This document shows positions 12,612-26,642 of a stretch of DNA of 64,000 bases, piece after piece. The translations under genes and the position numbers were made by a program. Source of the DNA: Mobula hypostoma. Its lineage: Eukaryota. Position 1 is the stretch's first letter, and the number at the start of each line of letters is the position of its first letter. The notes under the pieces were generated by a model, which was given only the letters and a program-made list of their open reading frames with translations, ran no database searches and was not told the DNA's origin. The stretch covers positions 20,088,001 through 20,152,000 of the forward strand of contig NC_086108.1 of NCBI RefSeq assembly GCF_963921235.1, written 5' to 3'.

Positions 12612-13994
12612 AAATGTGGACTTTTTCACTGGCTGTCAGAACCAATTCATCATCTGCTCAATTATCATTATGCCAAACCATATCTTCCAGGCAATTGGTC
12701 AAATAGAATCACAATCAAAAGAAAGATAGTAAACAAATATCTTGGTGAGTAACTTGCACAATACAGAAAAGCGATTAGACTAATTCAAATAAAAGACTAA
12801 ACTTTAGAATAAAAGACTAGTAGAAAGACAATTATGTGTCATCTTGTGACAGAATTTTAATTGAATCTTTAATATGTATGATGGGGGCACCAGCTTCACA
12901 AAATCATCTGGGATATGTTTCAGTTCTTTCTTTCTATGGCGTCCTTCAAAACAGACTGGGTCATTTGAAAAATAACTCAAAGCCAAATAGTCCTTTTCCA
13001 TCCAGCATAGAAATACAATTGTATTGCTATGTTATATTGACTGTCCTCTTGTACAGACTATTTATTATAAATTGCACATTGCACATTTAGATGGAGGCGT
13101 AAAATAAAGATTTTTACTCCTTATATAGATGAAGGATGTAAGAAATAAAGTCGATCCAATCCAACCGTATTAACTTTCCCAATTAGGTAGAGCTGCAAGC
13201 TTAAGCTTTTTGTTGAACAGTTTGAAAATAACAGATTGTTAAGGTAGTTAATCTGTTAAAAATATATATTGATTTTATAAGAAGTAGCTTGCAATCTTAA
13301 TTAAAGTTTCAGTTACAAACTGATACAATTATTTACAAAGTTTGGTGCTCTGGGTTTCAGATGCAACCATTTTGGAAACGTGTATCTTATTCAGCTAATA
13401 ATATGCCTGAAGATGTGTTTATTTGTATTAGTTGAAGTAAAGTGAAACTTAAAGAGTCAGTAGAGCAGGATTTGCAGAATAATTTATCCAACCAATAGTC
13501 TATTCATGATCATGTGGAGGAGGGGAGGAGTACTATTTCTATATGAAATCAAATGCCTTTTAATAGCAGTGTGAATTTGGCATTTTAATCCAACCACAGT
13601 ACAGTTATGATAAACAGTATGTGCTATTTCAGTTACAGGCATAAATCATTAATTCCAATAATCTTGCCATTAAATTCAGCCACTTAAGAAGGCTTTCTTT
13701 CCCAGTAATGTCAATATGGAAGAGATTTTGGTATTGCTACAGTGTGTCTGCAAACTAGTACTTCTTTCAGTAAAGTTTTAGGCAGAATTTCAATTGCTGA
13801 GCAGCAAACTTGTATAACAGGCAGTACATGCAGAAATTCATATGTATAGTTTTCCCCAAAAAGTCCAAAAGAATTATGAGATTGCAGATGCAATTATCAT
13901 TAACGGCTGGAAAACAGGCTTGTAAACTTTCAGTTTCATTTCCAGGAGGGATTTGGGTTATTGCACTGTTTCACTTGCAATATCATTTCTGCAG

Positions 13995-14064
13995 GTACTT
14001 TCAGGTGGCACGTTGTTATAGAGATGAGGGTTCAAAGCCAGACCGGCAACCCGAGTTTACCCAG
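13995..14064 (+). CDS. DARS2: DARS2 coding exon (exon 9 equivalent)
   Basis: ctgcag|G TAC TTT...ACC CAG|gtgagt; 70 nt; [23 protein letters not shown], motif 2. Confidence 0.97.
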
Positions 14065-14229
14065 GTGAGTTCGGAACTTGGAAGGAAGGTAAATGAACAG
14101 TATGTTTAATTCTTTGTTATGTTAATGAAACTTCAATTTCTGGTGGTAATAAATAATTCCACTTAAATAGATGTTGCCTTGTAGCAAGTTTTGTTGTGCA
14201 ATCACTCGATACGCATATGATGTTCTCTT

Positions 14230-15000
14230 AAGGGGTTTTGTATTGGTGAGTTCTCAGGTGGCTATAGAGACCAATCTGGGATCCACATATTCTGGTGCAG
14301 TGTGGGCATAAGTAAGTGGTGGCTGTTAATTCACGTTTGGGTCTTTTAGTTGTTCAGTCTCTCCTTTTGGAGCTGCCATTTGCTCTCTGCAGCACAGTAG
14401 AAATCACGCTCGTATAGCACTGCTCCCTCTTGGACAGATTTCCTCCAGGTCCATCAATTGGGTGTAGCATCTTCCCAGTTTTTAGGTGTAGTGTTGAATT
14501 TCTTCAGGTTGAATTTGATGTTTCCTTTGCCCACCAGGGGCTCACTGACCTTCCTTCATCTGGGAGTTAAAGATCTGTTTGGTGAGACATGAGTTAGACA
14601 TCGGTTAACATGACTTATTCCTTGGAGTTGGTGTTACTTTATCAAGGTGGAGATGCTGTTCATGTTCGCCTCCTTCAGTATACTGGTGTTAGTGTTCCTG
14701 TCCTTCTAGATGATCATCAAAATCTTTCATAAGAATCTTTGGTGGTATTGTTCCAGGGCTTTCAGGTGCCTACTGTAGGTGGTCCATGATTTAGCTTCAT
14801 ACAGTAATGTAGAAAGGGCAACCAAAAAGTTTGTTTGGACCTGTAGGTCACAGTCTTCAAAGACTCTTTTCCTTAATCTTGCTTAGACTCCACTTGCACC
14901 ACTCATGCGGTGGTTGATCCCTGAGTTGATGTCTGCTTTTGAGGAGAAATGCTGCTAAGGTCCAGAAAGTGTCTACATTTTCAACGATAATATTGTCAAC
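14230..15000 (-). mobile_element. Decayed RTE-type LINE 3' fragment
   Basis: Minus-strand remnants resembling LLYEAKSWTTY, KQIFNSQMKEG..PGGQRK; many stops; boundaries approximate. Confidence 0.6.
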
Positions 15001-15997
15001 TTTTATGGAAGCAACAAAGTGTATCAATGGGTGTGCTATTGGCCCCAGCTTCATGTGTGTAAGAAGTAGGAATTCTGAGATCCTGCAAAGTTATGGTAAG
15101 ACAACACCAAGTATTGGGAGTAGTTGTAATCTCATTATTCAAGGAAGGATAAAGTTTTTGGAGGAGGTCATGCAAAGAACCAGTTTTGGGAATGAGGGAG
15201 TTTTTCCAAGAGGAATACTCGAGCAGCATAGTCCATATAATGGAATTAGGAGGGAAACCCTCAGAGAAGAAACTCCTATCATTGAATCACATCAAAGTCT
15301 GGAGGTTTGACAGTGTAGATTGTGTGATTATGTTCCCTTAGCTGGCTGAGGAGTTATGGTGTCAGAACAGTGTTGATCACTTAAAACTTCTGAGTTTCTT
15401 TGAACATTTGCATGCTGTGTCATTAAGTACATTCAAGGGAGTTGCAATTTTGAACTACCTGGGAATTAAATATTAAGGACATTGGAAAGTGGAACTCAAA
15501 TCAAAGATTAGATTAGCCACAGTGTTGTGGATAGTAATCTTCATATCCACTTTCTTCTCAGTTTTGAATGTACCTAATGAGTTTAAACCTTCAAAGAAAC
15601 TACTCACCTCAGTATTTAGTCTCCTCTAAAATAGTGCATGCATGTAATTTGCCTAGCTTGCTTTCTTTTATTTGCTTATTTTTACATAGGTTTGAGACAT
15701 AGCCATACGGACAATGATTTGTAGTTGTTTTTTGAGTCTAGATAATGTAATTTTAAGATGTAAATTCTAGTGCTTCTCAGTCTATTGTAATGTAACCCAT
15801 GATATAAATTAACATAAAGCTGCAGTTCTTGCAGCCTTAAATTTCTAACCTGCTCTCTCACTACTTTAAGGCTTAAAGAAGTGACTAACTTCTTTAAGTA
15901 AGTGCTTTTGAAGTGTACTGCTTTGAGATTAACTGGTACAAAATATGTTGTTCACATTTTATACTATCTATCTCTAATTCTCTGGTATCCTTTTCAG

Positions 15998-16177
15998 ATC
16001 GACATTGAGATGTCTTTTGTAGACCAGGTGGGGATTCGGAAGCTGGTTGAAGGATTACTAGAGTACTCCTGGCCAGAAGAGAAAGGACCCATTGCTACAC
16101 CTTTTCCATCCATGACATATCAGGAAGCCATTGACAACTATGGCATTGATAAACCCGATACTCGATTTGGAATGAAG
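15998..16177 (+). CDS. DARS2: DARS2 coding exon (exon 10 equivalent)
   Basis: ttttcag|ATC GAC...ATG AAG|gtgtgt; 180 nt; [10 protein letters not shown]...[13 protein letters not shown]. Confidence 0.97.
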
Positions 16178-17161
16178 GTGTGTTTTCTCAGAATGGGGTG
16201 TATGCTCTCAAAACATCCTGAAATATATTCTTGATTTTTTAGTAAGTAAGAGAGGTTCTGGTGGATCAGTTTCCCTACCACAAGGCAGAAGACCTGAAAA
16301 ACGCATTCACAGTACATAGTGAAATATTCATTAATAACAACTTGCTTGTGTATTGATCCTTTAAAATTGTACGTTTCCCACTAAATTGAATAAGAAGGAA
16401 ATAGAGGCTGCGGTACTCGTAATTTTTAAGGAGACTCTTAAAAGAGGTGCATTTAAAGCTTGCAGGGTGGATTCCAGAGTTTAGGGCCTGGATTGACCTA
16501 TGCATGAGATCAGCCACAGAAAATCAGGGATGTGCAAGAATTGCAGACCCTTTAGCTAGGTATGTTGGAGTGGGAGTGAAAGTTGTGAAGGTAGAGAACA
16601 TTGAGGGACTTACAAGTAAGAATTTTATATGTTAGATATTGCCAGATTAGTTGGATCAGTTGCTATTGAAGGCCAGCAGGAATAAAAGCTAATTGAAAAT
16701 TGATGTTTGGGATTTGGCAGTTTTGAATATGATAATTAATTGAGGATAAATCATGCAATGGAAGCTGAAGAAGGTATTAGAATAATTGTGTAAAGAACTT
16801 CAGCTGAGGGTTTTTGCAGTTGAAGCAGAAAGGAAGTAGAAGTGGTCAGCCTTGATGAAAAAGATCCAAGGTTGTATATCTAGCTCAGCTCAGCTTTCTA
16901 GATCTCTGAATCATGTAATACTACTCTTAATTATAGGACTTGGTTATTAACCATTTGCTTTAGGAGCATTTTCATTGTACTGTATAATACTAGTGCTATA
17001 TGATCAGTGGATAAATTCTAAGTATTTCTGATCTGCCTTGTTCAATTTCTCTAGTATTTATTTTGAAGTGTGTAATTTATCTGCTGATAAAATTGGAGTT
17101 AAAATTACTTGTGCTCTCAAATTATTTCTCTAAAGTATACTTCTGTTTTTTAAAAAAATAG

Positions 17162-17269
17162 ATTATTGACGTCAGTGAAGTGTTTAGAAATACAGAGATT
17201 TCCTTTTTGTGTGATGCACTCTCCCAAACCTGTGGTGTTGTACGGGCAATCTCAATCACAGAAGGGGTG
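17162..17269 (+). CDS. DARS2: DARS2 coding exon (exon 11 equivalent)
   Basis: aaatag|ATT ATT GAC...GGG GTG|gtaagt; 108 nt; [36 protein letters not shown]. Confidence 0.93.
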
Positions 17270-18056
17270 GTAAGTGTAACAACATTAAGGTTTGCCCATG
17301 GAGTATCTCTGTCCTCTCTGTTTGATCTGTAATTTTATATGCAAAATCACTACTTATTTTACTACCTAAACTCTTGTTCTCTTTGCTCTGGCTATTCTTT
17401 ATGTTTAGCCCAATCAGTTTCAACATCTAGTTTGCATTGTATATCACTTGCTGTAGTGTATTGTGAACTTTGAGTCTTCCCACAACTGTTCTTCATTTCA
17501 GTTTTACTATTTGAGAATCCATTAAGTAATAAAATAATGTTATGTCATTAGCCTACGGACTATTGTAAAATGTCAGAACATGTGTAGCAATGCATTTATC
17601 TGAGAGTGGTGTACTTTAATAAAACACAAAAGTTACGGGAAGGTTGATAATAACAAGGTCCAAAGTAATACGTTCATATATAGCATATTGAATTTAATTT
17701 CAAAGTCTAATTCATTAATGTACAATGTTCAAAAATATTATTTGAGTAATTAATACAATTACAGATCTGTAAAAGGATAATTTATCTTAAAAATAATTGG
17801 GCTTTTACTGTGGGGTTGTTCAGTCAAACATGAGGTAAAATTCTAAGATGTAAATCGATGAATTTTAAATTGATAGTTTGAACCATACAGTCATACAGAA
17901 AGGGCCCAGTAAAGGCCCAAGTAGATGGACAGTCAGCGTCCCATCTGTTCCGACACTGTCCTAATAGAAATAGAATCTCCCACTTGGAGTGGGAGAGAAA
18001 TAGGAATAAAATCATACTTTTTATATTTAATTGTATCAGTATTTTCATTCTTTCAG

Positions 18057-18119
18057 AAACTTTTGAAAAAGAAGGATTTGGAAGATCTCAAGAAGTTGGC
18101 AAACACCCAGTTTAATCAG
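18057..18119 (+). CDS. DARS2: DARS2 coding exon (exon 12 equivalent)
   Basis: tttcag|AAA CTT...AAT CAG|gtaatt; 63 nt; KLLKKKDLEDLKKLANTQFNQ. Confidence 0.9.
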
Positions 18120-20024
18120 GTAATTTAGTGATACCTATTGTTTTCATAGAAAGTGATTTTGCAAAGAATTAGGTTATATACAGTATGTATACACTGTAAG
18201 CTGGAACTTACTCCCTTTCAAGATCAATTGTGTTGTAAAGTATAGAAATATGCTTTTATAATCTAAGCAGCATAGTTTCACAACTACTTGGTAAATCTTG
18301 CTGTATTCCAGATCACAATCTATATCGTCACAGTTCTGAGCAGGTCCTTAAAATTTGAAGTGTTGTTATACAAGATCACAATTTTATGGAAAATCTTGTC
18401 TTTTGGATAATAATAATAATAAAATATTCAAAGGTGCCAGCTCAAGTTCATTGTGTGTTATTTATTAACCAGTTGATAGAAAATGAAACAAGTTTTCTAA
18501 GTGTAGTGGCCAAATGATTGTAGGTCATGTTTTAGTTGTGGAACTGTGCAAAATGCTTGCATTAACAATATGAAGGTACTCTTGCCGCTTATTTAAAAAA
18601 AGACACCAGACAATAAAGTCATAAGCTAATAAATAAACTATTAAGTTTAAAATTAAAGTGAGTTTCCATTAAGCATCGGAATATGCACATAATAGCACAT
18701 GAGGATTTGTTGATTAAATAAGAGGTTTGAAAGTTCTGTCACAGTAATTCAGCATTGATAGATACAATTGATAAAAGAGTGACTGGGAATGGATGTGAGC
18801 CTCAGATGTCAATAATAGCTTGTAGCAGATGTCCAGCAGATGGAGCTCATTGTGGGGGTGTAAGCTCATCTCACATCTGAAAAAACACAAAACACAAGTT
18901 TTTAAAAAACACTAGATATTACTTGGACCAAAGGGATTGGAATGCATATTTACAAAACTCACATTAAGTTTATAGACAGATATAAAAAACATTTAGAGAT
19001 CAAAATTTCATGAACTTTTTTTCCATCTTGTGCAAGGGTGAGAAAATTTATTTATAATGAACTCTGATTCAACCCCATTTGCAGCATTGTTTTCATTTTG
19101 GGGCATGCCATCTCTGGAAAGGCAAATTGCTTAAAAAGGAAAAAGTTGATTTTCACAAAAATAATACAATGGCTTATATTATGATGGCAGCTTGTCTAAA
19201 CTCTATTTCTGTGAGGTACAAAATTATGTAACTAAGTAGTTTAAAATAAAATACTTGCTGGAGTGGATGCAAAAGAGAATGTATTTTACTTTGCTGGAAA
19301 ATATAAAACAAGCTGAGATCTTAAAGTAAGATCCAGGTCACTGAGGAGAGACCTCTGAAAGTGATTTTCCATCCCCCCCCCCCACCCTAAGGGTGGATTA
19401 AAAACAAACTACCCTGTTTCTCTCTTCCTAAAACACTACCGTTGACCAATCTGGATGAAATCTTCACTGAGTTCAAGTTTTTTGGAACTTTGACTTGTCA
19501 GGCTGTTAAGTATTGCTTCTCAGATCTCAACAGGTACAGGTTTTCCTAATACTTTCTGTCCCCTTTTAATAAGTTACCTCAATCATGACTGTGATGATGT
19601 AGTTCCTTCCAAGAGAAATAATATCATATGGATTTGAAATTTTTAGTATTAGCTTTTATGCCTTTCAGTAAGGCTGTTGCCTCAGTTTTGTAGACGCATT
19701 TAAAATATTTCTAAGGATTATTTTTCTGTACATTTTCATTGTAAATATTGACAATTTGTCAAACAATTATGGATAACTCAAAGAAATAATCACATAGCAT
19801 ATAGTTTTAAATGGGAAGGTAATGTTCAGATAAAAATAGTAGGAAAGTAGATTTCCTGGATGAACCCGAACATTTATCTTGAAGTTTTACATAGCACAGG
19901 TCCAGGAGAAAGTAGCATGGAATTATTTATGATGCGTAGATGCTGTTGTACATTTCTAAATCATGACTCCAATGTTATTATACCAAACCAAGTTTCCTTC
20001 GTTAGGTTAATGTGAAGGGGTAAT

Positions 20025-21317
20025 ATAGAAATATAGAAAATAGGTGCAGGAGTAGGCCATTCGGCCCTTCGAGCCTGCACCGCCATTCAGTATGATCATG
20101 GCTGATCATCCAACTCAGAACCCTGTACCTGCCTTCTCTCCATACCCCCTGATCCCTTCAGCCACAAGGGCCATATTTAACTCCCTCTTAAATATAGCCA
20201 ATGAACTGGCCTCAACTGTTTCCTGTGGCAGAGAATTCCACAGATTCACCACTCTCTGTGTGAAGAAGTTTTTCCTCATCTCGGTCCTAAAAGGCTTCCC
20301 CTTTAGCCTCTAACTGTGACCCCTTGTTCTGGACTTCCCCAACATTTGGGAACAATCTTCCTGCATCTAGCCTGTCCAATCCCTTTAGAATTTTATACGT
20401 TTCAATAAGATCCCCCCTCGATCTTCTAAATTCCAGAGAGTATAAGCCTAGTTGATCCAGTTTTTCATCATATGAAAGTCCTGCCATTCCAGGAATCAAT
20501 CTGGTGAACCTTCATTGTACTCCCTCTATGGCAAGAATGTCTTTCCTCAGATTAGGGGACCAAAACTGCACACAATACTCCAGGTGTGGTCTCACCAAGG
20601 CCTTGTACAACTGCAGTAGTACCTCCCTGCTCCTGTACTTGAATCCTCTTGCTATGAATGCCAGCATACCGTTCGCCTTTTTCACCACCTGCTGTACCTG
20701 CATGCCCACTTTCAATGACTGGTGTACAATGACACCCAGGTCTCGTTGCACCTCCCCTTTTCCTAATTGGCCACCATTCAGATAATGATCTGTTTTCCTG
20801 TTCTTGCCACCAAAGTGGATAACCTCACATTAATCCACATTAAATTGCATCTGCCATAAATTTGCCCACTCACCTAACCTATCCAAGTCACCCTGCATCC
20901 TCTTAGCATCCTCCTCACAGCTAACACTGCCATCCAGCCTCATGTCATCCGCAAACTTGGAGATGCTGCATTTAAATCCCTCATCCAAGTCATTAATATA
21001 CACTTTGTATATTGTAAACAACTGGGGTCCCAGCACTGAGCCTTGCAGTACCCCACTAGTCACTGCCTGACATTCTGAAAAGGTCCTGTTTATTCCCACT
21101 CTTTGCTTCCTGTCTGCCAACCAATTCTCTATCCACATCAATACCTTACCCCCAATACCGTGTGCTTTAAGCTTGCACACTAATCTCCTCTGTGGGACCT
21201 TGTCAAAAGCCTTTTGAAAATCCAAATATACCACATCCACTGATTCTCCCCTATCCACTCTACTAGTTACATCCTCAAAAAATTCTATGAGATTCGTCAG
21301 ACATGATTTTCCTTTCC
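20025..21317 (-). mobile_element. CR1 LINE 3' fragment (RT and 3' tail)
   Basis: [31 protein letters not shown]; (tttctata)n tail; near-identical to 42408-43690. Confidence 0.93.
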
Positions 21318-21987
21318 AGTTAAAAACCGCTTCTGCTGTGCTGGTCATTGATTGGCCCGTTCAAGGGATGCAGCAGCTCTTTCCCATTGGTTGCCTTGCA
21401 CACCACGGCACCGGTGTCCAGTTCTGAGTTATTCAGGGATATAAGAATAGCACATACGAGAGTCATGCTGGCTTTCCTTTGTCTCCAGTGGCTCCTCTAC
21501 ACTGAGGTTGCAACCAGTGCTGAAGAACCGTTAGGAAATTATGCTACAAATATAGGAGGACCCATGCACACACTTTGCTAGGTATCTGTTGAATGTTTAG
21601 TTTTGCAGTTGTATAACTTGGGGAGACTTTAAAGTACCTGCGAGTTTGAAGTGTTAATGCTTAGTGTCATAGCTTTTGTAACTTGGGATGGCTTAGATGT
21701 TAGTTCAAATATTTTACTCTTTGTTAAGGTGCTTAATTGTAATCAGTGTCTTCTGTCTCACTTACCAAACCCGTGAACCTGCTTCACCATAACAGTTACT
21801 TAGTTACCTGTTCTGCTATCCTTCCAGAAAACCACTTCCAATACAAAATCCTGGATTGAGATGGTCTTTTCATCTCAGTCACAAAATGCTGCTAGACGTA
21901 AGAAACTGAACAAGAGAAAATGAGTAACCACTGTAGAAATGGAAGATAATTCTTCCTCTATCACTTGTGATTCCTCTCACCCCACAG

Positions 21988-22140
21988 GACCTAACATTTT
22001 TTGCACTGCATTCTGATGGGACATGGAAATCTCCATTTGCCAAATTCCTTACGAATGTGGAACGATCTCAGCTATGTCACGCAACAAATCTCCATAATGA
22101 TGATGTTCTGATACTTGCCACAGGTGATCAAGCAAAAGTA
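21988..22140 (+). CDS. DARS2: DARS2 coding exon (exon 13 equivalent, GAD insertion domain)
   Basis: cccacag|GAC CTA...AAA GTA|gtaagt; 153 nt; DLTFFALHSDGTWKSPFAKFL...DDVLILATGDQAKV. Confidence 0.93.
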
Positions 22141-23387
22141 GTAAGTTTTCCATTAAAAATTATTAGAAACCAAACATTAATTTGTAAATGCATAGATTCA
22201 TAAAGGACAATTGGAAATAATTAATATCCAATTAACCAAATTGATGAACTGCCAAAGGTGCTGTGCATTTTAATGTGGACTGTCAACAAGTATTCAGTAG
22301 TGTCATACCAGATCCCCATTAAGATTGATGCTCAAAGAATTAAAACAAACATGGTAGTACAAATAAAAAATATGGTCAGTAATAAGATTTAAAGGAAATT
22401 ATAAGAAATTTTACACTGGGAAGTGGCTTTTAGTAAAGTTCCCCAATGATCATGCTCCATTACTCCAAGCATAGTTCCAAACTGCAATGTAGTCGATAGT
22501 CATTAGCATCGGTGTAGATTTCAGGATAATAGGTTTGTTGGACAAGAATCATGCATTCAAATGAGAAGTGCTGCAGTTTGGAAGGACTAGTGTAGAATGA
22601 CTGTATTAAACCGTAAGACATAGGAGCAGAACTAGGTCATTCAGCTCATCATCTCTGCTCTGCTCTGTGAATAATGTGATTAATGTCCATGTGCAGAAAC
22701 ACAAATATGGCAAATTTGGAAAATTTCTAAGATTTATAAATACAGAAAGTTAAAGTAAATGTATTATAAAACCTTATCTTATTAGACTTTAAGTGGAATT
22801 TTATGGCAGTTCTAGGTGAACACACTTCTGGAACGGAAGTTTACAAAGGATGAGGAAATTCTGTTGTAGAGCTGAGTTGGCCAGATAGATTTCACAGGTG
22901 ATGAAAGTGTGTAGAAAAATTCCTTGTGGCATTTGAGTCACTAACCATTGGCAAAAGAGTTAACTGGGAGAGGAGGTAACTGGAACATTCTACCTGAACA
23001 GGCAGTGCAAGTAGATATAGCAATATTTTTTCAGAAACGGGGTTCTGGAATTAAAATAAAAGAACCACGTGGAATAATATTTGAGCTGATCCTGAATGTC
23101 TTGTACCGTATCTACATTGTACCTGCAAACAAAGATGAGTGAAGCATACTTTTGATTTTGATAATACTTTAGAAATAATGAGCATTGTTGATAATTCAGG
23201 CAAGAGTTTAATTCTAGAACAGCTTTTGAGCTCAGGATATACTCAGGTGGAATACCTTCCTACCTTTGCACTGTTGTGTCCTAGCTTACATTCAGACTAG
23301 CTTTCAAGTTTTCCATTATAGCTCTGTCATATACAGTGTGTGATCTAAAATGAGTTGAGACATTTATACTAGTATCTTTTCTCTCAG

Positions 23388-23606
23388 AGTGCTACATTAG
23401 GGAAGTTACGGCTAGAATGTGCCAACATACTGGAGTCTAGAGGTATTGCCGTCCGAGATCCAGATATGTTCAATTTCCTCTGGGTTCTTGACTTCCCATT
23501 GTTTCTACCAAAAGAAGAGAGACCTGAAGAGTATGAATCTGCACATCACCCCTTCACAGCTCCTAACCCAGATGATGCCCATCTCATTTACACAGAGCCT
23601 GACAAG
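23388..23606 (+). CDS. DARS2: DARS2 coding exon (exon 14 equivalent)
   Basis: ctctcag|AGT GCT...GAC AAG|gtaatg; 219 nt; [15 protein letters not shown]...[10 protein letters not shown]...[10 protein letters not shown]...EPDK. Confidence 0.97.
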
Positions 23607-24431
23607 GTAATGGCATCTAAACATAAATCATAATGGCAAATCCTTAGATCAATGGGAATCCTCAAATGCAATTGATACATTGTTAATTTTTAAATAGAAG
23701 TTCTTACATTTTTATGCCTTCAGATATAGACACTGAAATGCCAGTATCTAATGCACCAGCAGGCCTTTGATTAGAAGATCATTAGATTGTGCAATTATGA
23801 AAAAAAATCTCAAAGCTCATTGGGGGAAACAATACTTGGAGAATAAGTCTCCTACATTTCATAATGGTTGACTTAATAGCGGAAATATTGCAAATTGTTT
23901 TGACGTTAGCTCACCAAAGAGATTCTCAGGCAGCAAGGTCAAAACTGTAGCAAACCCACAAAAATACAAAAAAAGGACTGTTTTAGGGTCTGTAGGGTTT
24001 ATTCTGTGTTGCTAGGACCAGTACAAATATATTCAGGTTCCTAAGTAGCCATGTGAATAATTGATATTAGATGGATTTTGTTTTATTTGATATTTGTGAA
24101 GATTTGCTGCTACATCCAGAATATGCTGAGAGACACTTCAGGCCCTTTCAAAGAACTTAGAACAGTCCAGCACAGTATGGGCCCTTCAGTTCATAATGTT
24201 GTGCCGACCTATATAAGCTACTCCACGATCAGTCTAACTCTTCCCTCTTCCCCTCCATTTTCTTACATTCATGTGTCTTGTCTCTCAAATGTTTCTGTTG
24301 TATCATCTTCTATCATCGCCCCAAGCAGTGCATTGCAGGCACCTACCACTCTGTCTAAAGAAAAACCCGACCCTTGATATCCCTAAACTTTCCTCTACTC
24401 GCCTTAAGCAGATGTCCTTGGTATTGGCCAT

Positions 24432-25345
24432 TGTCACATGTCCAGCAACAATGAATATACAATTGAGTCAAGTATTATAAACAAACATAAACATTTATTA
24501 AACTCTGCTCAACAATAGTGAAAAGTATTCAAACGACTAACTTAACCGGAAGTTAACTGCTATATGGCAACTCTGGAACAGTTCTTAAAGTGGTAAATTC
24601 AAACACAGTCTTAAAGTGGTAAATTTGAACACAGTCTTAAAGTGGTAAATTTGAACACAGTCTTAAGGTGGTAAATTTGAAAGTCCAAGTGAATTATACA
24701 GTCAATAAGGAGAGTCTTCTCTGAAACTGAATTCTTCGACGACGTGACGTTACTGCTGATCCTAGCTGAGATGCCTTGTCCAAAGAATTCACGACAAAGG
24801 AAATAAAATGGCTTAAAGGAACTGACCTTTTTCCTGGATAGTGAACACTGCACAAACCTTCCTGATCTTGCAGGGGTTATCTCAGATGCAGGCCACTATT
24901 CCTGAACGAGGATTCAATAAGGTCGATCCTTTATGAAACCGCTGAACGACACCAACTCTACTCAATTCTTCGGATTCCTGTACTTTAGTAAGGTCTTCAC
25001 TCTCCAATACTAGACTGTAAAGGTGCAACAAACAAAAACTGGCAGCGATTGGCGAAACTGCTGGCACAATGATTTTACCTTACAATAGAAAGTAAAACTC
25101 CACTTTAAAACGAAACTGCGTTATGAGATGAATACGCAGCATAATGAAGTAACTGACGAACTAAACTGTGTGACAACGGGGGTTTCCCCTTTATATACCT
25201 GTAGGGAACATGTCATCACGTGACCTCACACTGGCAGGAAAATTACATCACTCCATCATCACAAGACCATTATATCATGCTCACAAGATACTTTATTACA
25301 TCATGGTCATAAGACAGTCACAAGATGCCCATGAGGTATGTAACA
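24432..25345 (-). mobile_element. Solo LTR (914 bp) inserted in a CR1 3' fragment
   Basis: Termini TGTCACAT...ATGTAACA; 4-bp TSD ccat/ccgt; minus-strand TATA (ggtatataaag, ~25190) and AATAAA (~24495). Confidence 0.78.
24578..24681. repeat. 26-bp tandem repeat, 4 copies, inside the solo LTR
   Basis: Unit cacagtcttaaagtggtaaatttgaa with few substitutions and no spacers. Confidence 0.92.
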
Positions 25346-25782
25346 CCGTTGCCACCCTGGGGAAAAGTTCTGGCTGTTTTCATTATCTGTGCCTCCGATA
25401 ATCTTATACACCTCTATCAAATTGTCTCTCATCCTCTGCTCCAAAGAGAAACACCACGTGTACCAAGATACAGTGAAAAGCTTGTCTTGTATACTGTTCA
25501 TACAGATCAAATCATTACACCACTGCCCTGACTGCCATACCCATTGCTCTAACCGTGCAATAAGAAGGAGAGAAGTCTTATCTGAACCTCAACTTAGACT
25601 CACTTATGACACTTCTTCATGCTAAAGTCTCTTGAGCCTTTTTCTAAGGTGATTGAGTCCTGCTTTCCATTATTCATGATTGGCCTCTTGACTTTCTAGC
25701 CTTTCCAATTTCAACTTTAGAATTGCAGCATCCAAGGGATTTTTGCTATTGCTTTACTATGGCCAGATTCTGTTTCCTGCAG

Positions 25783-25893
25783 GTAAGGAGTCAACATTAT
25801 GATCTGGTACTGAATGGCAATGAAATAGGAGGAGGCTCCATTAGAATACATAATATGGAATTGCAGCGTTATGTACTGGAATCAATATTAAAG
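25783..25893 (+). CDS. DARS2: DARS2 coding exon (exon 15 equivalent)
   Basis: ctgcag|GTA AGG...TTA AAG|gtatgt; 111 nt; [37 protein letters not shown]. Confidence 0.97.
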
Positions 25894-26565
25894 GTATGTT
25901 GCTCAATTTGTATTGCTTATATTGCTTGTGTATAAGTGTAATTACAAAGGAAAATCCTTCTGAAATTTTGTTTCCTGTCCACACCTTCGCATAAGATACA
26001 TCACAAGTGCAATCACCATAGCATTTATCAAATTACATAGAATGCAATATCAGTAAATCAGTAAATTGACCACCATCTTTGACTTGACTGCTAACTTATG
26101 AATTTGGTCTTTATGAGAGACAACTGCTGATTTGTGCAAGCTTTAGGCAATAATTATTAAATTATTATGCTTTGTGAAATAAAAGTTGGTGTGCTTGCTT
26201 TTAAAGCAAAAATGGAGCAGATTAAAATATAGCTAATTAGTCTATGTTACGTATAATTATTCAGCTACTGAAGATTAATCAGAATAAAAACCTTAATTAT
26301 TGAGTATATTGAAAAGAGCACAGTTTGATCTGGCTCGGTCTCACGGTCTTGAACATCTTCAGCTTAGAGCTGGAGTCAAAGTGAAATTGAAGGGAGCGAC
26401 TTAGCTGGACATTTTGATCCCAACACCATATATGTTACTTAATAGATGGGATTTTAGCAAGAGCAGGAACAAGAGTGTGATTGAGAGTCAGGCATGTATG
26501 AAGTAACACACATCAAAGTTGCTGGTGAATGCAGCAGGCCAGGCAGCACCTCTAGGAAGAGGCAC

Positions 26566-26601
26566 AGTCGACGTTTCAGGCCGAGACCCTTCGTCAGGAC
26601 T
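26566..26601 (-). ncRNA. Minimal type I hammerhead ribozyme motif
   Basis: Reverse complement reads agtc-CTGACGA-agggtctcggcct-GAAACGTC-gact. Confidence 0.78.
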
Positions 26602-26642
26602 AACTGAAGGAAGAGTTAGTAAGACTAACTCTTCCTTCAGTT

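Noticed and set aside
24578..24681. 26-bp repeats resembling a CRISPR array
   Set aside because: Head-to-tail with no unique spacers, inside a eukaryotic LTR, and no cas genes nearby.
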